Assembly: GCA_963575745.1 (NCBI GenBank)
Contig: CAUYUJ010000221.1
Coordinates: 62,001 to 116,732 of the forward strand
Length of the DNA stretch: 54,732 nucleotides
Origin: Prorocentrum cordatum
Lineage: Eukaryota
Direction of reading: 5' to 3'
In this document: positions 24,484-35,270 of the stretch, in pieces
Position numbering within the stretch: position 1 is the first letter of the stretch
How the letters are laid out: every line of letters starts with the position of its first letter
Notes under the pieces: model-generated
Database searches by the model: none
What the model was told of the DNA's origin: nothing
The model's input: only the letters and a program-made list of their open reading frames with translations
Position numbers and translations under genes: made by a program

Positions 24484-24664
24484 CAGTCGGGGCGCTGAAG
24501 AAGGAACCCTTTGCGTTGGGGAGGGGCTCCGTGTTCCTTAATAGCTTCGCAGTTGGCCTTTGGTTTTCCTTAGGTTTGCTATGGGAAATCGAAGCTTAAC
24601 TCATGGAAGAAGAGGGAGGGGCCTCGTTCCTTATTTAGGATTCCTTAAGTCAACGCCAAGACTG
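24484..24664. mobile_element. TA-flanked CAGTC...GACTG MITE nested in a family T MITE (24447 to ~24800)
   Basis: TA|CAGTCGGGGCGCTGA...TCAACGCCAAGACTG|TA. Removing it restores the family T body seen at 414 and 53148. Confidence 0.7.
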
Positions 24665-26011
24665 TATGGTACCCTTGCATTCTTGTCCCTGCGGCCCATC
24701 CTTCGCGACTTTCGCTGGCCAGCCTCGTTCGAACAGCGTTCACGGGGTCCTCCAAGGCCCGTGCATCCTTACCGCGCATCCTTCTGCTACGGGTGGGCTC
24801 TACATTGGAGACCCATGCCAAGAAGCACCCTGCTTGCGTCCAGGGTGCCCTGGTACAGGGTTGGTGGCATGGTCGGCGCGGCCCCTCACGAACTCTCTCT
24901 CCCTTCTCCCACCATTCGTCTCCCTTTCAATAGTCTCTTCCTAATATGCCACTGTATTTCTCCGCTGTGCAGTTTCTGATTTTTGAAAGGCGCACGGGCG
25001 GTGATTAAGTCCCTGGACCCAGGGGGCCCGGCTTCCATCCCGACGCGCGCGTGTCCGTTATGATAGCTAAACCTAGAAGAAGTTGGACGAGTGTTACAGC
25101 ACTCCTGTTTTGTTGACTCCTTCCAGCAGCCAGAGACAATCTATACAGAGTGCTTGTCCGTTTCGCACTCTGGCTCAAGGAAAAAACAGATGCAGACCTC
25201 TCTTGCTGCTACGCCCTCCTGAACGTCCCTGGACCCCCCCCACCAAAAAAACGCTCTCATACAGGTCTCCCTCCTCCCCTGAAGTTGTGCGGAAGATCTT
25301 CCGCCCCCTCCGCGTGCTGTTTTTTCTTCCACGCAGGAGTTCAGCATTTTTTTGGGGGTGAATATAAAAAACGCGGCTCTTTACAATCCGATTGTGTCCG
25401 ATATTTCAAAATGGTGCTCCCGCTGCAGCATGGGCTTCTTTTTCGAATCAGCGCTTTTCTCGCGTCGTTCAGAATGGCGCTCTCGCTCCAGCGCAAACCA
25501 CTTTTCGAGTTCCGACTCTTGCTTCATGGTGTCCCCCCCCTCATTTCCTCTCCTCCGTTTTCCCTTGGTCCTCCTGTTCCTCCCGCTCCCTCCACTTCAG
25601 TTCCTGCTGCTGCTGTTCTTCTCGCCCCTTCGCGGGCCACTATTCTGAATCTGAGTCTTTTTTCATCGTTGTCGCCCCCCTCATTTCCCCTCTTCCGCCT
25701 TCCCCTGGTCACCCTTTCCCCCGATCCTTCCAGTTTGGTTCCTGTTGGTGCTGTTCGTCCTCGATTTTTCCTCCCGCTCATACTCCTGCTCGCCTGCCAC
25801 CTCTTCCCGTGCACGCATCTCCCATCTCCATATTGCGCAGAACGCGAAGTGGTCTTGCCGTGGGAGTCGCAGGTGGGCATGACACGCGTCCGCGGATAGA
25901 GAAAAATCGGCGCCGTGGGAAGGGATGATAGGGAGGGATCGCATGTCAGCTGAGGCGCGAGCGCGCTTAGCTTGTCCCAGCACGAAGCACGAACCAGGCA
26001 ACGGCAGCAAT

Positions 26012-26039
26012 AGCAGCAGCAGCAGCAGCAGCAGCGGCA

Positions 26040-26096
<57 letters not shown>

Positions 26097-26097
26097 A
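26012..26097. repeat. (CAG)n microsatellite in a CAG-rich tract
   Basis: Direct reading; similar degenerate tracts at ~19850-19990 and ~37080-37175. Confidence 0.9.
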
Positions 26098-26383
26098 GTG
26101 GCAGCACACGGCAGCAGCAAACAGCAGCATGCAGCGGGCAGCAGCAAGCACAATGCGGAGCTCGCCATCAGCAGCACCCAGCAGCCACAAGCAGCACCAG
26201 CACGCAACAGCGGCAAACAGTACCAGCAGTACAAAGCAACGGCACCAAGCGTCAGCACGCAGTAGCACGCGGGGAAAGCAACGTTCGAGCCCCACGTCAT
26301 TATTTCAGCATGTGGGCAGCATGTCCACCAACACACGCCAGCTCGTGCAAATTTCGTGGACGGAGTCCACGGGTCAGCCCTAG

Positions 26384-27342
26384 TCTCTACTACATTGCAG
26401 GGCCCAGTGCGTGCCAGAAGGGCGCAGGCCCCAATGCACCGAAACCGCCCCGGGCTGGCCCCGGGCCGCCCCGGGCCGCCCAGGCAGGCTCCAGGACATG
26501 TCGAGAGGGCCCCCAGAAGCCCCCAAGACGGCCCCGGAGAGCCCCGGCACGCTTGAAGATGGGCCCAAGACGCTTGAGATTCGCCCCAGACGGCCCAAGA
26601 GGCGTCCAAGACGCCCGAAGAGGCCTCCCAAGAGGCCTCCCAAGAGGGCCCCGAGCGACAGAAATCGTCGATGTCTATTGTGTTTTTCTATGTTTTCGGC
26701 CTCCTCGCCTCTTCGGCTTCCCGACGCTCCAAGACGGCCCAAGAAGTCCCCCCGACCGCTCCAAGACGGCCGAAGAGGACCCCAAGAGAGCCCCAAGACG
26801 GGCCAGGAGGGCCCCAAGACGGTCCCAGGACGGCCCCAGGACGGCCCCAGGAGGCGACCAAGACGGCCCAAGAGGCACCCAAGACGGCCCCAGGAGCGGC
26901 CCAAGACGGCCCAAGACAGCCCAAGAGGCGCCGAGGCGGGCCTCAGACGGCCCCAAGGCGGCCCAAGAGGCACCCAAGACGGCCCGAGAGGGCCCTAAGA
27001 GCCCCCCCCCGGAGGCCCAAAAGAAGGCCGAAGAGGCTCCGAAACGGCCCCCACGAAGCCTTCAGTGGCTACAGAATTCCCTCCAGGAGCGGGGGAGCGG
27101 ACGAGAGGCGACAGGCATATCGCAGGCAAAAGCGCCCCAAGAGATCCCCAAACGGCCCCCACGAAGCCCTGTGTGGCCTCAGAATTGCTTCCAAGAGGGG
27201 GGGAGCGGACGAGAGGCGACCGGCATATCGAAGGCATCATGATTGCCTTTCGGCCCTGCAGCCGCACCCCCCCCGCGCTTGCCCAGAGACCCCTCGCCAC
27301 GTCGAGCTGATGTCGTGGACGGAGTCCACAGGTCTGCCCTAG
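26384..27342 (+). mobile_element. Complete non-autonomous Helitron-like element (959 bp)
   Basis: 5' TCTCTACTAC...; CCCAAGACGGC-rich body; 3' GTGGAC-GGA-GTCCAC hairpin, then CTAG^T; no TSD. Confidence 0.8.
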
Positions 27343-27447
27343 TCAGTTACAACGCTGGGATCAGCGCGTGCGTGACGGGCGAGCAGTGGCAGCTGGCCCT
27401 GTCGTTGTTCAGCGAGACGTGGGCTGCGAAGCTGGAGCCCGATGTCA
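27343..27447 (+). pseudogene. Single PPR unit, exactly 105 bp
   Basis: SYNAGISACVTGEQWQLALSLFSETWAAKLEPDV, between CTAG and TC. Confidence 0.9.
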
Positions 27448-28991
27448 TCTACCCTGCAACGCGGGGGGAGCCGCGTGCCAGAAGGAACATTCTTTGAGTG
27501 GTCAGAACTGGCCCCTGCTGGCCCCGGCGCGCTCCAGGCACCCCCGTGGGTCTCCAAGACGGCCCAAGAGGGCCCTAAGGCGGTCCGAGATGGCCCGAAA
27601 CGCTTCATATGGCTTCCAGACGGCCCAGCAGGGCCGCAAGGGTGCCCAAACGGGCTACAAGAGGCTTCCCCAAAAGTGCACCGAGAGTCCCAAACCTGTC
27701 ATTTTTCTCGTCTTTTGGAAAGGTTTTAGCGTTCTCACCTTTTTGGATTTTCGACGCTGCAAGACAGCCCAAGAGGTCCCAGAGAGGCCCCAGGATACAC
27801 CCAAAACCGCCTGCAAGAGTCTTCCTAGGGAACATGCCTTTAGAGAGCTCTGGGACCGCGCCGGCCACCCAGGAAACCATGGCGCCCATGCTCCTTTTAT
27901 TTTCCCCCTTCTTTGGATACAGCCAGGCCGAGGTACATGACCGAGGCCGACTTGGGGAGGGTACCCTCGTATTCTTCGTGCCTGTCGGATGCTCTTGTGG
28001 CCCATGGGGGAGGGCACCCTCGGATATTCTGTGCGTTTGGGCCGGCGGAGGGCCTCGCGATCTCGAGGGGTGCTCCTCTGGCCCGGGCCCGACTGCAGGG
28101 GAGCCGTGCCCGGGTGTGCCCCGGGCAGAGCGGCGTGCTCCGCAGTGCCCTCGAGCTCCCCTGATTAGGGGCGCGTCCTCCGACCTCGGGCGGCCACGGC
28201 CGCCACGGAGCATCGCTGGAACACAGGGCGCGCGTGCAGTAAGACCGAGGTCTCAGATCGAGGTCGGTTCGGGGAGGGTCTGCCGCCGTCCTTCGTGCTC
28301 GTGGGGCGTTCTTGTGCAGCCTGGGGAGGGCACCCTTGGATGTCCTGTGCGTTTTGACTGGCCCCAATTAGTGCTTTGCGCGGCCCGCCTAGCTCCTAAC
28401 TGGAAGAGGCTCGCTCTCGACCCGCAGACCAGAAAAGTGTTTTGACTGGCGGAAGGTCTCATGTCCTTGAGGCATGTTCTTCTGGCCTAGGTCCGACCGT
28501 ACCTCTGCCTCTTGATTTCCAGCCTTGGCCCTGATACGACCTCAGGGCGGCTAAAGGTCATCCTGGGGTGGCCCCAAACGCCCCCATCCCCCCCGAAGGC
28601 AAGGCAACAGCACGCAGTGGCATTCGCGGGATTCGAAGTTCGAGCCCCACGTCACCATGCCAGCCTTTCGGCATCATGTCCACCACCACGTGCCATTTCG
28701 CGCAAATTCTCATGGAACCAACATCGCAGAGCGGATTTCGTTCGGAAAACAGTGGGATGGGCCCAGACTGTCCTGGAGAATTGTTCGTTCCGGATTTCGG
28801 AGTGAGTTTCGTGCGGATTTGTTTTCGCCAGGAATGAAGATTGCAAACAATCCACGTGAAATTAACTTCGTTTTTCGCTCGCTGTTCCTGGGCTTTGCAT
28901 TGACAGAAAGCCGCGCCCAAATCCGCTGCAGCACGTCTTCAAGGTCCGTGCAGTGACACTTTCGTGGGCGGGGTCCACGGGTCAGCCCTAG
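27448..28991 (+). mobile_element. Non-autonomous Helitron-like element (1544 bp)
   Basis: GTCA^TCTACCCTGCAACGCGGGGGGAGCCGCGTGCCAGAAGG 5' end; CGTGGGC-GGG-GTCCACG GGTCAGCC CTAG 3' end. Confidence 0.75.
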
Positions 28992-30149
28992 CCTCGGCCT
29001 GCATGGCCGCGGGAAGCGTGCGCCAGAAGGGAGCGGGCCCGACAGGACGAACTGCGTCCTGGCTGGCCCTGGCGCGCTCCCGGGCGGTCTGGGGACGCCC
29101 CCGGGCGCTTCCAGAGAGCACCCAGAGGGCCCAAGACGGTCCAAGATAGCCCGAGACGCCGCCAGACGGTCCAAGAGGTCGCCAACATGGCCTTCAGACG
29201 GCCCAGCAGGGCCCCAAGGCGGCCACCGAGGCCCCCCTGGCCCCGAGAGGTCAAGATCGTTGTTGATTTTTCTCGGTCGGTTTTTCATTGACTTTGGCAG
29301 TCTCTCCTTGGGCTTCCGACGCTCCAAGACGGCCCAAGAGGCTTCGAACATCGCCCCAAGACAGCCCAACATGCTCCCAAGGCTCAAAGAGGCCCCCCAC
29401 GAGGGCCCCGAGAGGCCAAATTCGTTAATTTCCTGATCGAGTTTTCCCGAATGTTGGCGGTCTCGCCTGTTCTGTATGGAACGAGCTCGGCCTTTCGTTC
29501 CATCGCACACATTCGCTGGCCCGAGGGATGCGCGGCTGACGTAGGCGCGAACAGCGCCGCGTCGCCGCACTGTCCGCGCGCGTCGCGGCGCGCCGCAGGC
29601 GACGTGGGCAGGTCCCCGCCACTCCGCGTGGTGCCCGCACCCGCCGCGGCGCTGCGGAGGTTCATGGACAGGACGGGGTGCGTGCACCCCGCGCTCGGCA
29701 TTCGAGCGCTGGGTGTGCGCGCGCGCGCCCGCCGGCGCCCCGCGCTTGTTGCTTCGCTTGCTGCTTGCCCTTGCGCCCTGCGCTGCCGCGTGCCTGCTCC
29801 GCGCGCGCACGCGCCGGCGGTCGCCGCGCCGCGTCGCCCTCCTGCGCAGGTTCCGATTCCCCCTCTCCTGCGCGCGCCGCCGTCTTCGTGCGCAGGTTCC
29901 TCTGCCCCTTCTGCCCGTCCAACACGTGCCGTTGGGCTCGCAGGCCAAGATTGCTTCGTGGCCATTCGGCGCAACATCTCGCGGCGAAAGCTGCCGCGCA
30001 TCTACTTTGTCCCCGCGACGCATCCGTTCCAGCTTCGCGCGCGCTCGACCGAGCGCGGTTTGGGGTCATCCGCGCCGCGTCCGAGCGTGGATCGCGTGCG
30101 AACGACCGCGCGAAGTTCTTTTCGAACGCGCTCTTGGCGCGTAGGCGCA

Positions 30150-30700
30150 GGCGACCCAGACAAGGGTGCCCCGGGGTTGGGCTACCCGCGCTAGGGGGCC
30201 CCAGCGGTGCTACAACTGCGCCGGCGTCTGAGCGACCCGAACACGTTTGACCCAGTAGCGCGACCAACGCGCTACATGCAGGCGGCCCGAACAAAAGCGA
30301 CCTGGCGTTGGGCTGCCCGCACTGGGGAGCCCCGGCGGTGCTATATATGCACCGGCATCTGGGCTACCCGAGCCAGGGCGACCCAGCAGCGCGATCATTG
30401 CGCTGCATGCAGGCGACCCGAACAAGGTCGACCTGGCGTTGGGTTACCCGCGCTAGGGATTCCCAGCGGTGCTACACATGCTCCGGCCTCTGGGCGACCC
30501 GATCACGGTCGACCCAGTAGCGCGACCAACGCGATACATACAGGCGACCCGAACAAGGGGTACCTGTTGTTGGGCTACCCGCGCTACGGATTCCCAACGG
30601 TGCGACAAATCCACCAGCGTCTGGGCTACCCGACCAAGGGCGGCCCAGCAGTGCGACGACCCGAACATGGTCGACCTGCGGTTGGGTTGCCCGCGCTAGG
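30150..30700. repeat. ~130-bp minisatellite, ~5 copies
   Basis: GTTGGGYTRCCCGCGCTAGGG recurs at ~30176, 30307, 30438, 30569 and 30681. Confidence 0.85.
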
Positions 30701-30704
30701 GAGT

Positions 30705-31230
30705 CCGCTACGACGTCAGCGCCACGTCCGAGCGAGGATCGCGAGCGATCGCGGTGACGTTTGCGCCGCGTCCGAACGAGGATGCGAGCGAGCGACCGAA
30801 CAGGGTCCGCTACGACGTCAGCGCCGCATCCCAGCGAGGATCGCGAGCGAACGACCGAACGAGGCTCGACATTGCGCTTGCGCCGCAGCCGAACGAGGAT
30901 CGCGCGCGACCGACCGAACGAGGTCCACGCATAGCGTCTGCGCCGCATCCGAACCAGGATCGCGAGCGAACGAGCGAACGAGGTCCGCTTCAACGCCTGA
31001 GCCGCATCCCAACAAGGGCCGCGAGCGAACGAACGAACGAGGTCGGACCTCGAGGTCTGCGCCGCATCGTTCGAACGTGGTTCGCGCGCGAGCGACTCGA
31101 CGAGGTCGGTTTCGAAGTTTGCGCCGCGCCCGTCCGCGCTGGGATCGCGGGCGAACGATGGAATGAGGTCGCTCTGGGTTCTGTGCTGCTTCCAACGCGA
31201 TTCGCGAACGAGCGACCGAACGAGGCCCCA
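30705..31230. repeat. ~50-60-bp minisatellite
   Basis: CCGAACGAGGATCGCGAGCGAACGACCGAACGAGG-type units. Confidence 0.8.
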
Positions 31231-32039
31231 ATCGGATCTCACCGCGGCGAGGGGCCCATCTTTTTCTGCCCCATGCCGGCGCTGGTTCGCGAGTGCACGC
31301 GTGCGCATTCCGCGCGCGCCGACGGAGCTCGTCCGCGAACTGACGACCCTGCATGCGTTCTTGCCCTCGGTCAACGCTCGCAAGGCGCGGGCGAGGACTG
31401 CGTCCGCGACGTAGTCGCAGCATTCCGCGCCAAGTCGTCCGCGGCGGGTTGCGAGCGCATCGTCGGCCTGAGCGCTCCACGTCGCGCGCGCCAGGTCGAG
31501 CGGGACCCAGTGGGGCTCGACATTCACGCGGGTGCTTTTACGGGGGCAGGTCCCATCGGAGGAGATGTCGCCTTTCTTGGCCGCGCGGTCAAGATGGGGG
31601 CGACGAGCGCCGCGAGGGCCGAGGCGGCGGCCATGTCCGCCGCCCTCTGCGTTGGCAAGGCGGCGGTGGAGCGACCGATCCCGCGACCGCCCTCGTGGAT
31701 GCGTTGGCGCGCAGGCCCGCCGCGCGCGTTGGCGTCGGCAGCTGCCTGAGCACGATTCGCCTCGCCAGGCTGCCGCCGTCCTGCTGGCCATCGCCGGCGC
31801 CCTGCGATTGGCGCGGCAGCCGGGCGCGCGCGCGGGGGCGCCCGCGTGGCGGCCGCGCGAGGCGCGCGCCCGATCGGCGCAGGCAAAGGCGGCTCAGGCG
31901 AGAATGATTTCAACGCTTCTCATCCATGAAGACGCGAAGAAGCGGCCGCCCGCTGGGCGGTCAAGAAGCGCGGTGGTCAGGGCGGAGTCGACGCATGCGA
32001 AGATGGCCCGGGCCGCTCTCGCTCGATTCCGAGCGGCGC

Positions 32040-32330
32040 AGCCTAATCGTCAGGCATGTCGCTCATGGCGTGGGCTGCTGCGTGCGACAGGTGGGCCCTG
32101 GCCGCGTCCTTCGCGGGCCGGATTAGCCTGGTGGCAGCAGTGGCGCGCAGAGACATATTGCGCTTCAGGCGTCCTTTGCCGCGCGGCCGCCGCGGGCCCT
32201 TGCTCGCGCGCTGGGCGGCCAGGCACGAAGGGTGCGCGAGGCCGCAGCACTTGCGATTGTCTACGACGGCCTGGCCAGGCGAGAGTGGTCCGACCGCGCT
32301 GGCGGCGCCAGTTGCCCTGTCGGCGATCGC
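32040..32330 (+). pseudogene. Gag-like ORF relic of the YR retrotransposon
   Basis: SLMAWAAACDRWALAASFAGRISLVAAVARRD, then (frameshift) LAIVYDGLARREWSDRA; positioned upstream of the RT. Confidence 0.45.
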
Positions 32331-33249
32331 GCCGCGCGGCAGCGAGCGCAGGGCCTGCGCGCGCGCCGAGCGCGAATATTCAGAGCCCCCGATGGGGGGG
32401 GGGCTCCAGAAGCGGCCCCCAGGGTGACCGCGCGGGCAAGGGGGGGGCCAAGTCCTTCCTCTTCAGCGAACGACGCCAAAGAGGGGGGCCGGTCCCGGGA
32501 GCCTCGGGGCGCGGCCAAGGGCGAGGGCCAGCGCGATACCGAGACGGACGCGCCGCAGCCGCGCGCGCGCGCCAATGCGGGAGCGCGAGGGCCGAGGCGC
32601 GCGCGTCGGGAGGTCTGCCAAGCCGCGCGCGCGCGGGCTGTGCGCTCAGGCAGATCGGCCTCGCTGAAGTCGTCAGCTGAATCCGCGTCGGCGATTGGCG
32701 AGGGGCGACAAGGCGTTGTCCGCTTGGGTAACGACGTCGCGGCATTGTCAGTCCGCGCGGCGCCAGCTGGGCAACGGCAGTCGCGCTTAAGCCAGGCTCC
32801 GCGGGCCTCGCCCACGCGCGTGTCTGTCGGGCCCGGCAGTGTCCCCGCGAGTGTATTTTGCGCACAGCAAGCGCGCGGCCACCTCGCGACGCGCCCGCGG
32901 CGCGCGGCAAGTGCGCGTTTGCCAAGTCTGATGCGACTAGTGCAGATGATTCGGCGAGCCAGTGGCTCCCGCGTTTTAGAGAACCGAGCAGTTTCATTGG
33001 GTGGATGGGAAAGGGTGAGATCTGAAATGCCGTTTCGATTGCTTTCCGAGGCTTGGATCTTCAAAAGGTAAATCACAAGACGGATTGATTTTCGAGGTGC
33101 AAAAGCCCACATGGATTTCACCCTGAGCCCTCCCCCGGAAGAAAATTCCCAGGATGATTGCCGTCCCGCGCCGAGGCGCGGCGGCTGCAGGCGCGCTCGC
33201 GCCCCGCCGGGTGCGTTTCGTCGCAGGGTGAGGGCAATTCGAAGCTCGA

Positions 33250-35270
33250 CTTCGTCATCTGCGTCGCGGCAGATTACGCTTTGTTGTTTTCGGATAACAC
33301 GCCCCTCCCCGACGAGCTCCGTACTTGCGTTGATTGGGCCAAATCGCGAAGCTGTCAGCTGGCGCGTGCGCTGCGCGACCCGCGCGCGCGCGATCTCGCG
33401 AGTCGCGGCGCTTGGGGGCTCAGAGGCGCTGGCTCGACGGCGTGGGCGCTGCGACCACAGCTGCCCTCTCCGAGGTCGAAGGGCCGACTATTGGCGCCGT
33501 TGCGGCCGAGCTCGGTTTCTCCGACGACGTCGAGCGCTTGTTTCGCGAGGGGGCGCCGTTCGTGGGCGCGCTGCCCGCCTCCGGCACTGACGGGCGTCGA
33601 CGGGCGTCGCGCGGCGCGCGAAGGGCGCGGAGTGCGCGAGCTCCTGGGCGACTTGCCGGGCCGCGCGGAAGCGCAGAACGCGGCTCTAATCGCGAGCCTC
33701 CGCGACGACGCCCGCGCCGCCGAGCTGCGCGCTGGCGCGGTAGCAGACGCCGAATGCACGCGGATGACGTAGCCAGTGCCAGTGGGCAGTCAGGCGCCGC
33801 ATGATAATATTCTGGCGCCTCGCTTCTCAGTGGAGCAGGGGCGCAAGCCGAATGGCCCCGCGCAGGCGACCGCGACGCGCGCGGTGGCGCTAGCCAGACA
33901 TGGCGCCACGACGCCATCGATCAGCTTGCTGCGCAAACTTGCGCGGGCTTTTCACGAGAAGGCACCGCGCGCGCGGTCGCCCGCGCGTCGCGACGCGTCC
34001 TGTCTGGGTGCGCGCGGGCAAGTTTCAATGGTAATTGAGTTCTGGAAAGTTCACGAGAAGGCGCCGCGCGCGCGGTCGCCCGCGCGTCGCGACGCGTCCT
34101 GTCTGGGCGCGCGCGCAAGTTTCAATGGTAATTGAGTTCTGGAGAGCTGACGTGGGCGCAGCCTTCCGACGGGTGGCGATCCAGCCCAGGCATCGCGCTG
34201 TCGCTTGGTCGGTCGCGCCACGGCCTGCCAGCGCATCGCGCTGCCGTTCGGCGGCTTGGCCTGCGCGCGCGGCTTGGAGCGCGCGTGCTCGTTCCCGGCG
34301 GCCGCGGCGCGTAAACTGCTGCGGCTGCCAGAATGTCGACGGTTTTCTTAAGTCGACAGGGGCTCGCGGAGCACGCAGACCAATGTTTCGCGAGGCTAGT
34401 GCGCGCCCTCCGCGGGCCCAGCGCCGTGCAGGACCGCGAGATGGCATAGGGCCAGTCCATTGTGATTCTTGGGCTGCAGGCGCTGGCTTCGGAGTCGGGC
34501 TTCCACGTGTAACCGGGCGGGGACGAGGCCAGGCTGTGGACCGATGTCATCAATGGCTCCCTGCTTTCGGGTGCGGTCACAGTCGGGGAGGCGTCAAATA
34601 TGGCAGGGCGCCTGTCGCGGGCGTCCTGCCGCATGTTCGAATGTGCCGTGCGTTCATTGGCGTGGCCGCTCTTCGACCAGTCGTTCAGCGCCTCGCCCCG
34701 CCTCGCGGACCGCGCGGGGCTCGCGCTGCGCTGGTGGGGGGGCCTGCTGGCGCGGGGCATCGCCCGCGCGCGGCCCTGGAGATGCGACGCCCGCCCGCGC
34801 TTGCGCTGGCGGATGCCCTCGGCCGCCCGCCGCGGCCGGCGGCGATTCTAATTGCCGGCGACGCATTCGAGAGGGCCGAGATGGCCCCCCCAGTTGATTC
34901 TCTCCGGCGCCCGCCCGCCGGCCCGCGACGACAGTTCGGCGCGCGCGTCTCGAGTCGGCTCAGCGGATTGCTGTGCCGGAACGACCGCCAGATCGCGGCT
35001 CTGGAAATGCTGGCGCAGTGCGCGGCGCTGACTACGTGGGCGCACGCGATGCAAGGGCGCCGAGTTGCATTCCATTCGGAAACATGCGGTTGCTGAGGGA
35101 ACCTTCCGGAAAGGCGCCTAACGGACGATGCTCGGGCGGCTGGGCGCCAAACGCGTTCGCGCTCAGATGCCGCGGGCATTCCGCTGCGGGCGCGCCGAGA
35201 ACGCGCGGCCGGCCGCCTAATCGCGCCATCGCTGAGCGCGACCGGGCGTGCCTCCCGAAGCGCGGGGTCC
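33250..35270 (+). pseudogene. Reverse transcriptase-RNase H relic (DIRS-type)
   Basis: LFREGAPFVGALPASG, PRFSVEQGRKPNG, FW(K/R)ADVGAAFRRVAIQPRHR, QIAALEMLA...LTTW...QGRRVAFHSE, then AVAEGTFRKG; stops and frameshifts. Confidence 0.75.

Larger units (their letters stand above)
22951..26383 (+). mobile_element. Non-autonomous Helitron-like element with nested MITEs
   Basis: Starts TC right after a hairpin plus CTAA. Ends CGTGGAC-GGA-GTCCACG GGTCAGCC CTAG. May be composite. Confidence 0.55.
29500..31700 (-). pseudogene. Tyrosine recombinase relic, interrupted by tandem arrays
   Basis: Across frames: ADAVLARALRALTEG (N-terminal-like), MRRGD...QLSPRDV, LRTKTAARAGEGES, ...RRGG..., RGQC...AVRAYV. 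These resemble the R...K...HxxR...GRW...Y boxes; heavily decayed. Confidence 0.5.

Noticed and set aside
26310..27342. Long P/R/K/G-rich ORFs over the CCCAAGA repeats (also 39.9-42 kb)
   Set aside because: Artefacts of a stop-poor 11-bp repeat; they overlap on both strands.
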